From Raillietiella orientalis (lineage: Eukaryota), in contig JAYWIR010000066.1 in assembly GCA_036172245.1 (NCBI GenBank), forward strand, positions 434,001-498,000: 64,000 nucleotides of DNA, in the 5' to 3' direction. The position numbers and the translations under genes were made by a program. Under the pieces are notes generated by a model. The model was given only the letters and a program-made list of their open reading frames with translations. It searched no databases and was not told where the DNA came from. Shown piece after piece: positions 38,067 through 49,923 of the stretch. The stretch's first letter is position 1, and the number at the start of each line of letters is the position of its first letter.

Positions 38067-41000
38067 CTAAGAATACATAGTGCTTTCTATCCATTCCTCC
38101 AGCTTGAAGTTTGCAACATTGCGCGCTTGGGGGTCTCTTTCCATGAAAGCCTCTGGAACCAACAACAGTTTTTCGTGTCATCCGATTTTTTAAAGGCGGT
38201 TGCGTACCCATCACCGTCTTGAGTTTCACAGCCATGCATATGAAATCGTCGAAGGTGATAATCCCATCGTGTCTTCCATAACGCATCACCAACACGTTGA
38301 GGACGGGACGGTTCAGGCGATAGCCGGCCGAATTCATCGCTCGGCGCAGCTCGAAACCGTTGAGACCACCTTTGTTCTCAGAATCGTAGATTCGGAACGC
38401 GTTCTGAAAAGGAATGATTACCTCAGCTAAGCACGTGGCCATCAGAGTCAGTGTTTACTTTCCACATCCGGATGCACTTCCAGAGCTTCTTGAACTCCCT
38501 CAGGTTCAGCTTCCCTGACTTGTCCGTATCCATCGTGGCGATCATGCTGCGACAGAGTTCCTTGCTGAATCCCTCAAATTTGAAATCTGCAAGTCGAGCG
38601 CGTCCGCGTGTCGTTCCCGATGACCTCTGTTTGTTCCCACCTACCGGTAGCGTCTTCCACTTCTGGGGGAATCCCGAAAAGAGAAAGCGTTAATCGATAT
38701 GCGGGGGGGAAGGAAAGGATGAATAATCGCAATCGGCTGCTAAGCCTCGTCACACAACATCGAACAGCAAATGCAAAGGTCGCGGGGCATTCGCGGCGCA
38801 GAACTGCAAAGGCACACATCGGCGTTGAGACCTCTTCGGCAAGGCGCACTCCACGCAGAACGTCCAGACGAAGATTTCGTGGTACAGTGCAACCGCGAAC
38901 AGAACCGTGGTACAGAACAAACGGTATTGATTACTGCTTTCTTTGGCCAGTCGTCTCTACGGCTCCAGGAAAAAAAGGGACCGCGTTGCACCCGGCACTC
39001 CAGGCCGGGTGCCACGCAGTCCGTTTTCTTTTTCTTTTTTTCGTCCTTTTCCTAAGTGACCGTCCAAGACCGCGAGGAAGAGCAGCTATTTGCTATAATC
39101 CAATACGGCAAGACGAGCGTGTGTTTCCTGTTAAGAGCTACGCGCGCATACTGCTTGTACGCAAACACAATGGCCAGTGTGTTTTCCACATAGCACACTC
39201 CTCCTCCGCAGGCACGTGTTTGACACGGCATTCTATGATGAGCCTCTAGCAGATAGTGGACAGGTGTATTCGTGTGAACGTTACGTACACACATACACAC
39301 ACACACATACTTTTTTTTTTTTTTTTTTCTAAAAAGAAAAAAAAAAAAAGGACCTTAGCGCTCCCTTTTCTTGTCTTCTACTTCATCCCCTGGTGTGTAT
39401 TCAACGTGATCCCCCGTTTGAAAGAGATTTTTTGTGTGTTCTTCCGTGCACAGGTATTCACCCCCGCATCAATGACGGGGGAGCATGGAAAACACATCGC
39501 ACAAACGGACGGCCGCTGTGAACACGAATCCGTGCTGCGCTCGGACCTTGGGCTGCTCAGAAGCGGAAACACCTTTGAGTCAACGACTTGAATATTCTGA
39601 ACGCATGAGACAGCACGGAACCAAAGCTGTTCTTGCAAACCCCCCTCGAAGTGCTGCCGACTGCTGAAGAGCCGAGGTTTGTTGAATATCAGCAGCGGCG
39701 TTGCATCTCCCCCTCCCCCATCAGAACGATCGTGTTAATCAGGCGAGGCGATGACGTCACGGAGGATGGAAAGATTCGCGGTGGTGGATAAAATGCTGTC
39801 CTAAAGTTCATCAGGTCATCTTTTGGAATACCAATCTGTCCACCGCTCGCAACTATTTGCCCTAACTCTGTGGCTGATAGTGGTGTCGCACGGGATAAAC
39901 CCTTTAACTTCTGGCCCAATTCTGCAGCTCCTTGGTTACGAGCTGCACCATCCTCAGCAAATCTTACTGCTTTCTTAACACAATCAACCACAGCACTTTC
40001 AAAGTCGACTGCCAACTTTAACCGCAGTGGAAAATGAAGCCCTGAAAGTTGAGGACGCTCAATGAAACGAAAGGTTTGGTACAGACTCGAAAAATCCATC
40101 TCCGCCTGGTTCCAAAGAGCTGCATAAAATTAAAAAATGCGAGCCCAAAAGGCAAAAGGAGTGCCAGCGGTCGAGTCGGGCCCAAGAGCAAGCGTGGCTT
40201 CCTGTTCTCCTCGGGCGCTAGGATCCCTGGCCCGAAACCCAGGTTCCACCTACGGAAGCCCTCGGGGAGATCGAGCGGCGCAGCGAACTCAGACCGGCCA
40301 ACTCCTCGCTCCAAGGTCGTCGCGACGCTCTTCAGCCCTGACTGAGGTGGCAACAGAAGCCCTCCTCCACGGCAACCGGCTTGGAACACGAGCCGGTTGC
40401 CGTGGAGGCGCGTGGGGCGACTGACCGTTCGTGCTCCACCGCGCCTTCGCAAGGCTGGTGCACGGAACCGACGACCTCATGGCGCTCACCGCGAGCGACT
40501 GGAACAAAGTGGACCCAACGTGGACACGCATCCAACGTCCCTTGTGAAAATCGTGTCCAAGGAGCAAGGAGCACTCCAAGGTTATCCCGTTGTTTCTCAG
40601 GGTCCCTTGGGAAACCGGACTGTGGATAAACAAGAACAAGATGATGACCATGGAGGAATAAGAACGACCATCGAGTAGCGCGGTTATCCACGCGCGGCGA
40701 GTCCTCGCGTACAAAAGATCGACGGAGGGGAGGGTAACCCACAGGCGCGCGAGCTTTGGCAAGACCAAGATCCTTGGTCTTGCCAAAGCTCTGTGGTCCA
40801 GGGCGAACCCCTAAACAGACAAAGTAAAAATGTCGTCCAGACGCACGTGTGACGTCAAAAGACGTCGCACCGTCCGAAGCGATGGGAAAGATGAGGGGCA
40901 GGCTACGCAACGCCGCCTCGACCCAAAAGCGATAGAAACGGCCCCGTGGAGATCCTCGTTGCCGCCGGGCATTCAGGATTGCCTCTTGATGTTCTACTAC

Positions 41001-44000
41001 AGAGGTATCCTGTGCGGCAAGAGGCTCCAACACTGGACCGGGAACCCATATCAGACCGGTGTCCAGTGTGCGGGGTCGATCGAAGACGACCTGCACAGCT
41101 ACACCTGCCGAACCCTCGTCCGGGATAGGAGAGTGGCCAGAAGGGCGGTGGGGATGAACGGCACGGCCGACGCTGGAGATACTGCGAGCACTCTTCGAAG
41201 ACAAAGATGGCATTCCCCGCTACGACCCCACCGCTGCGGGTGATCGTAGCCTTCTTCCTGAGGAGCATCCTCATCGGAAGGACCAAACTGATACATGGAC
41301 ACGTGTGCAACGACCGGGACATCCTAACAGGACTCCTGAAAAGGGAGATAAACATCCGGGCGTGCGAAAGAGTTCCATCCTGGACTCTCCTGCACTGCCT
41401 CAGGGTCCTCAACTGTGCGGCCCGGACGACATAGTGTGGCATCAGTGCGTTTCGCAACGGTGATTGGTTGCTTGGTGCAGAGTGAATGAATTTTTGAATA
41501 CATTCGACCCATCGCGAGTCGGACCGGGGAAAAGAGGAGGACTTCTGCATCGTCCCCGTCGACCTTCGAGCCCCTAGAAAAAGGGGGCAGGGAATTCCGC
41601 CCCTGACTGCCCCGGAAGCAGCACAAGTCCTCCTCCACGGCTTGGAACACGAGCCGGTTGCCGTGGAGGAAGACTAGTCCACGAGACGGTTCCTGCCCCA
41701 GAAAAACGTGGTGAACCTGCCGAGGTTTGCTGGCGATTTCGTTTCGAACAGCAAAAGTCGGATAGAAGGCGGTTCCGAGCCATCACGCTGCAACCGGAGT
41801 GGACACGCAACTGGCGCATGAAGGTGACACGGTCCACGCGGGAACATTTCCTCAAAGAGAGAGGGGGGGGGGAGGAACACGCGAAGTTCGCGAAGAAGAA
41901 GAAGAATGGGAGCAGGAACGCCCGAGGTTTCTGCTCGCACGGTGCCCAAGAAGAGGAGAACGCACTGACGCGGGAATTCGCGCGAACGGGAGCCTTCGCT
42001 CGCATGACGGGGGGAGGGCCACGGGCGGCCGTTGAGGCCTTTCGCGGATCTCCGGGCCCTCGACACGCGTAGGCTTCTTTCTTTTTTTCTTACTTTCTTT
42101 TACCTTTGGCCAAAGCGACGTCGAGGATCGTCTGCAACTCCTGCCAGTCTATCTCCAGGTCGTCTCCAGCGGCCTTGTTGAAAAGATCGGCGATCAGCTT
42201 GTCGTGTTCCTTTTCGTCCTCGATGGACTTCTCTCTCGCCTAGGTTGGACGGTGGGGAAAGGAGCGTATTCTTCCCGCTCGGAAGGGGGGATTACCCCCT
42301 CTCCTCCTCCCTCACCCCCCTACTCACCCTCTCGTCGACCTCGCCGATGCCAACGTCCTGGTCGTGCTCCCTGCAGGGCGAGAGGAATGGGTGACGGGGT
42401 GGTGAGGCCACCCTCCCGTGACTTACGCCATGGTGTTCTTCTTCTCGGAGAACACGCGCATCAGGAACTCCCCCTCCTCGTTGGGCTCGAAGGTCGACGG
42501 GACGATGCAGTAGGTGCCCGGGGGCAGGCTGAAGCGGCAGCAGACCTCCCGCAGGTTGATGAAGGACGGAGACCGCGCCACTGACGAGTTGTACTTGAAA
42601 AACTCCAGGGGGAGCGGTTTCGGCAGGCGTTCCGGGTCTTTCAGCTGTGGCAGGGGCACGAACCGGAGTGGCCTCCGAGCAAGACCCCCTCCCCCTTTAC
42701 GTGGTAAATCGCAAATCCGATGGTCAGGGTGTCCAGGCCCAGCTTTCGCATCTCGCGACGGTTCTTCTGCATGAGGGCCACGATTACCGTGCACTTCGGG
42801 TCCTCCGTCGAGTCGTCGTCGTCGGGGGACTCCAGCTCGACTCTGTACTGGGGGTTCAGCCAAAACGTGTCTAAACGAGGAGGCACAAGAGTCCCCCTCT
42901 CGACTCCAAACGCGGGGAGGAGGGGAGGAATTCCTCCCCCCGACTTTTCCTCCTTTTACCCAGGTAATTCCTGCACCCTCCTGCGGTGGAATGCGGGACC
43001 CAAGAACCCTCGAAGATGCTGGTCTCCCAACGCTTCTTTCCCGACGTGTCCAGCTCCTGCTCCAGCGAGTCCGGGTTGAGGTTGCAAATCTCGATGCGCT
43101 GGAAGTTGCCGGCGAAGTCCTTGAACGACATCCAGAACTCCCCGTCGCTGTCGAAAACCAGCCCCAGGGATTTTCTCTCGGCCGAGGGGATGAACGTCCA
43201 CTCGGGGGACCTGGCCACACAGCCGGCGTGGATGAAGCGGACCGCGGCAGCGCCCCGCCTTACTCGTCGCTCCAGGCTCCCTTCCACTCGGCCTCGTTCC
43301 CCCACGGGTTCCTGACCCGTACCAGGGGTATCTTCCCCGAGACGCGCGGGGTCTGGATGTCGGCCAGCTTGACGCTGGTGATGCTGTACGCGTGCCCTCG
43401 AATGAGGCCGTTGGGCAGCTGGGCTTCGTACACGTGCGGATCGGGCTTCACGGAAAGGGACGCTTGAGGCAGGGGAGAGAAGAGACAGGACCACGCACAT
43501 CGATAGAGCAGCCCATCAGGGACGAGCGTTCCATGCCCTTCTCCAGAATGGTGAACAGATTGGGCGGCGCCTGATCCAGCTCGTACATCTCCGTTATCCC
43601 GCCTGTGAAATCCTCCATGGCTTCGACGGTAGTTCCCCCCTTCAGGGATTCGTAGGATCCATACAATCTACGAGATCACGTGAAGTAAAAACGCGCGCAC
43701 ACAGCCAGAAGGGTGGTCAGGAAAGATACGCCGCCTGTTATCTCGGAAGCGCCAAACTTGGGAAAGCTTCGGGACGCTTGCGGTTCGGCGTTCCGGAGGA
43801 GGCTGCGAGGGTGGAGCATTCGCCGCCGTGACAACGTGGTGGAGCACGCACGCAACGACAGCAGGACCAGGGAGAAGAAAGAATACGTGTATGTACACGC
43901 ATGCACGCGCGTACGTGCGCAAAGCTCTCCTCCCTTCGTCCTGCCACGCAAGCCGGTCCGAAATCCAAAAGGAGGTTCGGACTGCTCTGGAGGAGCATCG

Positions 44001-47000
44001 CTCGGAACAGACGGGGGTCAGGAGGCACGGAGGAAAATCGCGACGACCGGAAGCGGGGCGGAACGCATCCGAAGTGCCGACGATGGTCTCGCCGACTGGA
44101 GTGGCGTCGCCGTCGGCATCATGGGGCCCACCACGCGACAGCCGTTCGCGGTGGGTGACTGCATATAAGTTTGCACCCCACCCACCCCCCGCGGAGGGCA
44201 GGCGGCGCCGCGGCGGTCCGAAGGCGACGCGCGCCAACTGCACCGACGAGGGCTACCTACTTGGCATAGGCCTTCTCCAGCAACGCCGACCAAAACTCGT
44301 CGTTCTCCGAAGAGCGCAGGAACAGCAGCTCCCCGTGACTGGTCGGGAGACGGTCATCGATGACGACGTCCACCCAGCGGCCGTACTGCCAAAACCTGGA
44401 GGAGCAAACCCGAAGACGCCCCTCGTGGGCGGGGGGCTGAAATGCGCGCAGGGGGCAGACCTGAAATGAAAGATGCCGCAGTAATCCTCGTCTTCGAAGG
44501 TCTGGTCGTCCGGGACGACTTGGTTGAATAGGGTTTTGCTGAGAGTGAGGTTGGCACAAGCAGCCAGCATCCAACAGTCACCTGGAGCACACCGCGTTTT
44601 CACGAATATCCCGACGCATCGTCGGAAAGTCCGAAACTGCCTTTACCCAATTCTCCTTGCTTCACGTCGAACCTCGACGCCCCCGCGATAAAGAACTTCG
44701 GGTTGTCCACGAGTTCCTTGCGTATGAAAAAAAAAAAAAAAAAAAAAAGTGAAGGCAGGAGGGAACAGCGGGTCACTTACTTTGGGCCTCAACCATTCTA
44801 CGCTTCTGGGAACTCTCTTGCTGAAGTAGATAGACTTATCGCAAGCTGGAAACTCTGGATCCTCAAACAAAACCTTCTCCTGGAGGCAGAAGGTTCGAAG
44901 GGTGTTGTAATCCTGAACCTCTCCTTTCAGGCGAAGTCCCGAGGCGCGCTCTCCAAACTACGGCACCACAAGAATTCCCACAGTGACGACTGTGCGGTCA
45001 CTCGGGTGCCTGCGAATCCCAAGCTCCCTGGCGACCGATTTCGCGAGCGCAGCCGTCTGACGGCAGCCGCGATGATGACCGAGACAGCGGCAAGGGGGCG
45101 AGACCGCGTGGGAGCACCGCCGCAGGAGGCCTTCCCCTGTTTTCCGAACGAGCGGCCGCTGGGCCGCGACACTTTCGCGTGGACACAGGAAGAGTGACGA
45201 GGCGGCCTGGACAGAGGAGCACGAAACGAAATCCACCCGGGGCATTTCGCACGGCAACGGAAGAGTCGCAGCAGACGCTACCGTCTGAAGGACTCGCTTC
45301 GTGAAGGCATTTCGGTGGTGCCGCTTGACTTGACCATGACGGCGACACGTTTCGACATGCGCTTCCGGCCGCTCCGTCCGACGGAAGCTGCGGAAAAAGG
45401 AGGGGCGGAAGGGAACGGCAGGGACTTCAAACCGGGCTGCAGATTCGGAAGCAGAGAGAGCCAGCCACCCCGTTTTCCTATTCTCGTCGGGATTTTCGCG
45501 GCGGGAACCACTGGAGGAGGAAAACTCATCCGAGGTTGGAATCACGAAAAAGCTTTACCGACGACACTGCATCTCAGCTCAGTCTCAAGTGCGGTAGGGG
45601 GCTGGAAGGGGGCTTCGAATTCCGCTGCCGTGCCTTGCATATACGAATCTGATCAGTTATTAACTTATAGTGCTCAGCCTTCATCTTTCCCTCTTTCCAT
45701 GATCTCAATGACAAGAACCTTCGAAAGACCGCACAAACACTTAGTTCGCCATAGTCACGGGAAGCCGGACATTTAGCGAATGGACGGGGACGTGTCCAGA
45801 AGCGAAAGAGCACCTCGGGAAGCTTTCGCCCACAAGCTCGCGGCAGCTCTTCAATAAGCTTCGAATGGCAAGTCCACACGGGTGCTCGTGACTTCGCCCA
45901 CGCCAGTTCTTTTCCGCCACTTGACCCTTAACATTCCGGCATCTTTTTCTAACGTAACTGACCAGTAGTGTCCGATAGACACACTAAAATGAAATCAATA
46001 ATGTGGAAAAAAAATTATTGTCATCATATTAGACGAGTCATGAATATTATATTACTATTTATTCAGGAAGGCATTCAGAGCAGATCATTTTTTTAGAGCT
46101 GGTTTTGGAGTGTCCTGGCATATTTTTATCGCCAAATCTTAGGAAAAGTGGAATAGACGCAAATGGATTTCTTCTCCCCGTGGTCGCACGGAATGCTGCA
46201 GTACCAAACATCGGATCCCAACACGCTCTGCCATCTCCGTTGCTCTGTATGCCAACACCAGCGGTCAACAGCAGACCCCCAAATGCTTGTAATCCGAATG
46301 TATCCATTGGTTTCCACTTCTTTCCGAATTCCCTTCCAGCTTCGGAATCGGCATCGTTGCCGAAGGAGAGCGGCGGACACCTTGGTGTTGAGGAAGTTGG
46401 CGCGTCTTCCGGTCGAAAAACAAATGGCCGCTGCCGATAGGGTCCCGAACCTCTCCCTCTGGTGGGGGAGAAACCTGACCAACTCCGACCCTGGTTCCCT
46501 CATGCCGTGGGGCTCTGCTCGTGTTTTCCGGTGCGGCTTCCCGCCGTCCTCTCCCACGTATTCTTCAGCAGACGGATTACCGCGATTATTTTCTTTTCTT
46601 CCTCTTCATTCGCATTTTCGTCACCACCACCGGACTCCGGACGCAGTTTCCGTGAAGCTACTTTCACCATCACAGGCACCATATCTCTGATGAAGTCCGC
46701 ACATCTCAGTAAATATTGATAGAATACATAAAAATCGTAACGGCACGCAACTTTCACATTATTTACTTGTAGGCTTTAACAGGTTCGAACGGGCCAATTT
46801 TTAATTATATCAAACCGTGTCCGATGGACACACCTCAGTCGTTATGCCGTATTTTTGGTAAATTACTAAAATCAAGAAAGCAATGAAAGAATTGGTAAGA
46901 TAATTTTGAAAATCAAGCAAAGAGGGTAAATTGGACAAAGCAATCTCGCAATCAAATGAATACTTTCGATTTTGCATGTAAGTCGAGTTGAAAATGTGCC

Positions 47001-49923
47001 CACCGGACACTACTGGGCTGCCAAAGGTTAATTTCCGCGTGATGGGGCAGGAAAACGCCATAAGCGCAGTGTCGTTTCGCTGAAGTGAAGAATCAAAGGC
47101 ATGCTGTTGGTTTGAAATGGCCGCAACGCTCATCAGCGAAAGAGATGGCCAGAACGAAGATGACACTTGCATTCGAGGGTGCGCCGACCAAAGCATTCAG
47201 TTCGACGCCCTCACGCCGGCCCAGCAGCACTCTGCTGCCCACGGGGGCGGCTGCATGGGGCGGCAGCGCCAGTGCAGGAGGCCACAGCGAGAGGGACGCC
47301 ATCTCCTTTGCCGTCCCCTTCTTGAGGACAGCGGCAAGATGGTCCCGTCTGAGGATTGTAACACAGGAACTCGCCGGCATCCTTACAAGGAGGCAGAGGA
47401 CACCTTCCAGCACACCGTGATCCCTTCCCGAACCCACTCCCCATTTTTTTCGTACACCTCTGCCGCCGAGGCGAACCCCGCCGGCCTGGGCGCCGGTTCT
47501 CGGCAGGTTCCTTTTTGTATATATATATGTGTGTGTGTATGTGTGTTTGTGTGCGTGTGGTCCCTCCACTGACCGACTTGTATGTTTATTTTTATAAATA
47601 AAAGCCCCGGCGTGACCGGGTGTCAAACCAACGCATCCAGCGGGCCCACAGAACCTTTGCAAGAACGAGGAAAGCGAGCAAGGGCATGCTGGACATGCAG
47701 CTTTCTTAACCTCCCCAGAAGGGTAACGTGGCGTCATACACGACACACAGCAGCAGCAGCAGCAGCAGCTAAAACGTGCAGACGCTCCGCCATGGCCCCG
47801 TGTTGCGAGCATGGCAGCTTTGCTGCCAAGTCTTCCGTGTGCCTGAGGTCGCCATGGCGTGCAGATCGGTCGGCTTTGCTTCGTTTCGTGCCCGATCGTG
47901 CCGTGTACGACACCGCGTCACCTTTCACGTTACACATAAAAATCTGCACCCGTGGTCCCTCGCAAGGAAATCCCCACGCAAAATGAAGTGGAAGGGACGC
48001 CGTGAAAGAGGAGAAACGAATCTGCAAGAGTTTCCACACGGTGAATTTCGGCTGAAACGGAAACTCGGAGGCAGAGAGGCGTGCGAGACGACAAACTTTC
48101 AGCTGATGAAAGTTTTTCATGGAATGTTAGACGGCATGAGGCGTCCAGTGCCAACAACCTTGGAAATCCAAATTATCAAGTTGGTTCCGGGAGAACGTTC
48201 CTCCAAAATTTAGGACACGCCAGCTTGTGACACCCAAGCACACGGAACGCCGCTCGCCATGCAAGAATTCGTCCCGTTCTCTGCGGACTTTCATTTCGTC
48301 TGAACTGAATAAAGAAGATCCGAGGTTCCAAGATGTTCCACGAGAGCCTCTAACCGTCCACAGGCGCTGCGAAAGGTGCCCACGTTCCGCCAGCCGCGGT
48401 GGACGGGAAAAAGTGCACCTGTTGCACAAAGGTCACATGCGCCCAATACCGGAGGGCTTCACGTTGTGGATGTGCAAACAACTTATGAAATAATTCGTAA
48501 AGATAATTGCAATTCATTAAGAAAATAAAATGCTTATTATGAAATGGTTACAATTTTAATCGGCGCCCCCTACGTGACACCACGTAACCATTTATGTACC
48601 GAATTTTAACCGATTCTGGGTTGAGAGCGGCCAGCTTCCGAATCCTACCGATTGAAGAGGAGATTCACTGCGTCACGAACACTGCGTCACGTTCCGGAGA
48701 CGCAGCTTTGGTCGAGAACAACCAACCGAACGGACTGCCACCCATCCTGTTCCCTTCGTGGGCAATGAAGGGACCTACTGACCAGGAAAGGTGCCGATAA
48801 AAAAAAGCGCCTGCGGACTTTCCGCTTCAGCTTGGCACCGTGGACCAAGGTGCGAGCATGGCGTTCCAGCGCGGCCAAGTAACACAAACCACCAGCAACC
48901 AACCACCGCAGGCGCAGTGCCCCTCCCATCGGCCACGATACGGACACGGAGCAAAGATGGATCCAAAGGCAAACAGGACGGGGGGACCGACGCTTGGCAG
49001 GGAAACCGTACGCGCACGAACAACTTTCGAACAAGTAAACAAACGCGATGTACAGGGAAGGCCTCAGCTCCCGCAACGGATGAAATGAACGCAAGAACGG
49101 AGTTCCAAACTCCGATTGCATGCTCGGACTGAAAGCGTCCGCATTCAAAAATTCAAAAAACGGCGTTCGTACCTTGTAGACGCTGCGGCCCTCATTTTTG
49201 ATGTTGCCAAAACGCCGACCTGGATACATGGGTCTCAGGAACGGGAATTTGTAGGTAAAGTCTTCAATGAGTCTCCCAGTTAACAGGGAAAGGCCTCCGC
49301 CTTGTCCGGAGCCAATGAGCTGGCTTGCGAGAGTCGCCACCCCAGTGCCAACCAACTGTTGCGCCAAAGATTTTTTGACATTGGGATCGCCAATGATGTC
49401 TTGACTGTCGTCCTGAGTGCTCAGCACTTGTTGAGCTAGAGCCGATATAATGGCCTGACCAGGTGTTCCCGCTTTTTGACCGAATATTCCCTGGGCGATG
49501 TTGGCCAAGAGGTTGTTGCTTTTCCCGTCCTTTTTCTCTTGTCCTTGGTTCGACTTGTTCAAGTAGTCGGAGAGCATCCCGACGAAAGGGGTCATCTTTC
49601 CGATAAAGTCGCCCATCCCACCTGCATTGGAAGCTCCCGGGTTCGGGTTGTAACCGGGCGGAGGGTAGTAGCCTCCGGGTGCTGGGCCGTAACCGGGAGC
49701 TGGGCCGTAGCCAGGCGCCGGGGCATAGCCTGGTGCCGGGCCGTAACCTGGCGCTGGAGCATAGCCTGGTGCCGGGCCGTAACCAGGCCCCGGGGCATAA
49801 CCGGGTGCTGGCCCATAATTAGCGGCGGGAGGGTACCCGGGAGCCGGTGGCTGGCTAGGTGCTCTGCTGCCATCGTCGACAAAGGCTCCAATGATGTCAC
49901 CGATGCCAGCTCCCTTGGGATCC
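38067..49923 (-). CDS. Classical calpain (CalpA/CalpB type): Pro/Gly/Tyr-rich N-terminus, CysPc, domain III, penta-EF hand. Exons 49923-49173, 44957-44781, 44716-44647, 44581-44461, 44395-44261, 43667-43499, 43445-43264, 43210-42960, 42870-42701, 42644-42427, 42370-42328, 42239-42104, 38586-38459, 38403-38208, 38152-38067; initiator exon upstream not identified
   Basis: Intact catalytic triad: QGELGDCW, GHAYS, RNPWG. Also [52 protein letters not shown] and EF-hands DTDKSGKL and DSENKGGL. All junctions are GT-AG and frame-consistent. Ends [10 protein letters not shown]. Confidence 0.95.
39794..40030 (-). pseudogene. Fragment resembling a phage tail tape-measure protein (TP901-family / PhageMin_Tail core) inside a calpain intron
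   Basis: [21 protein letters not shown]...[40 protein letters not shown] matches the recalled pattern AIDFESAMADV.KVV.F...LSR.IPLSA.ELAQIAASGGQLGI....L..F. Locally lower GC than the flanking LINE DNA. Confidence 0.75.
40100..42060 (+). mobile_element. Two adjacent decayed L1/Tx1-like LINE ORF2 fragments in a calpain intron (antisense to calpain)
   Basis: [30 protein letters not shown]...[14 protein letters not shown]. The segment near 40340-40410 recurs near 41603-41669. KERGGG (GGLG-like) at ~41860. Confidence 0.6.
45949..47031 (-). mobile_element. Internally deleted piggyBac-like DNA transposon relic
   Basis: Inverted repeats ccagtagtgtccgatagacaca (45962-45983) and tgtgcccaccggacactactgg (46995-47016), 19/22 match. 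TTAA at 47028-47031 and CTAA at 45949-45952. Internal repeat gtgtccgatggacaca at ~46817. On -: an acidic stretch, a frameshifted KP...DYK-HLG/AVDR (DYN..MGGVD-like) and terminal CSEC. Confidence 0.55.
47900..48500 (+). mobile_element. Decayed LINE ORF2 fragment
   Basis: RLKRKLGG (GGLG-like) followed downstream by RCERCP. Weak. Confidence 0.35.
49675..49818 (-). repeat. Coding 18-bp tandem repeat (~8 units) encoding [12 protein letters not shown] in the calpain N-terminus
   Basis: In frame with [57 protein letters not shown]. Confidence 0.85.

Noticed and set aside
45278..45529. Alternative first coding exon of calpain (MSKRVAV...SFRR)
   Set aside because: The only plausible donor is phase 2, whereas the next exon (44957) needs phase 0.
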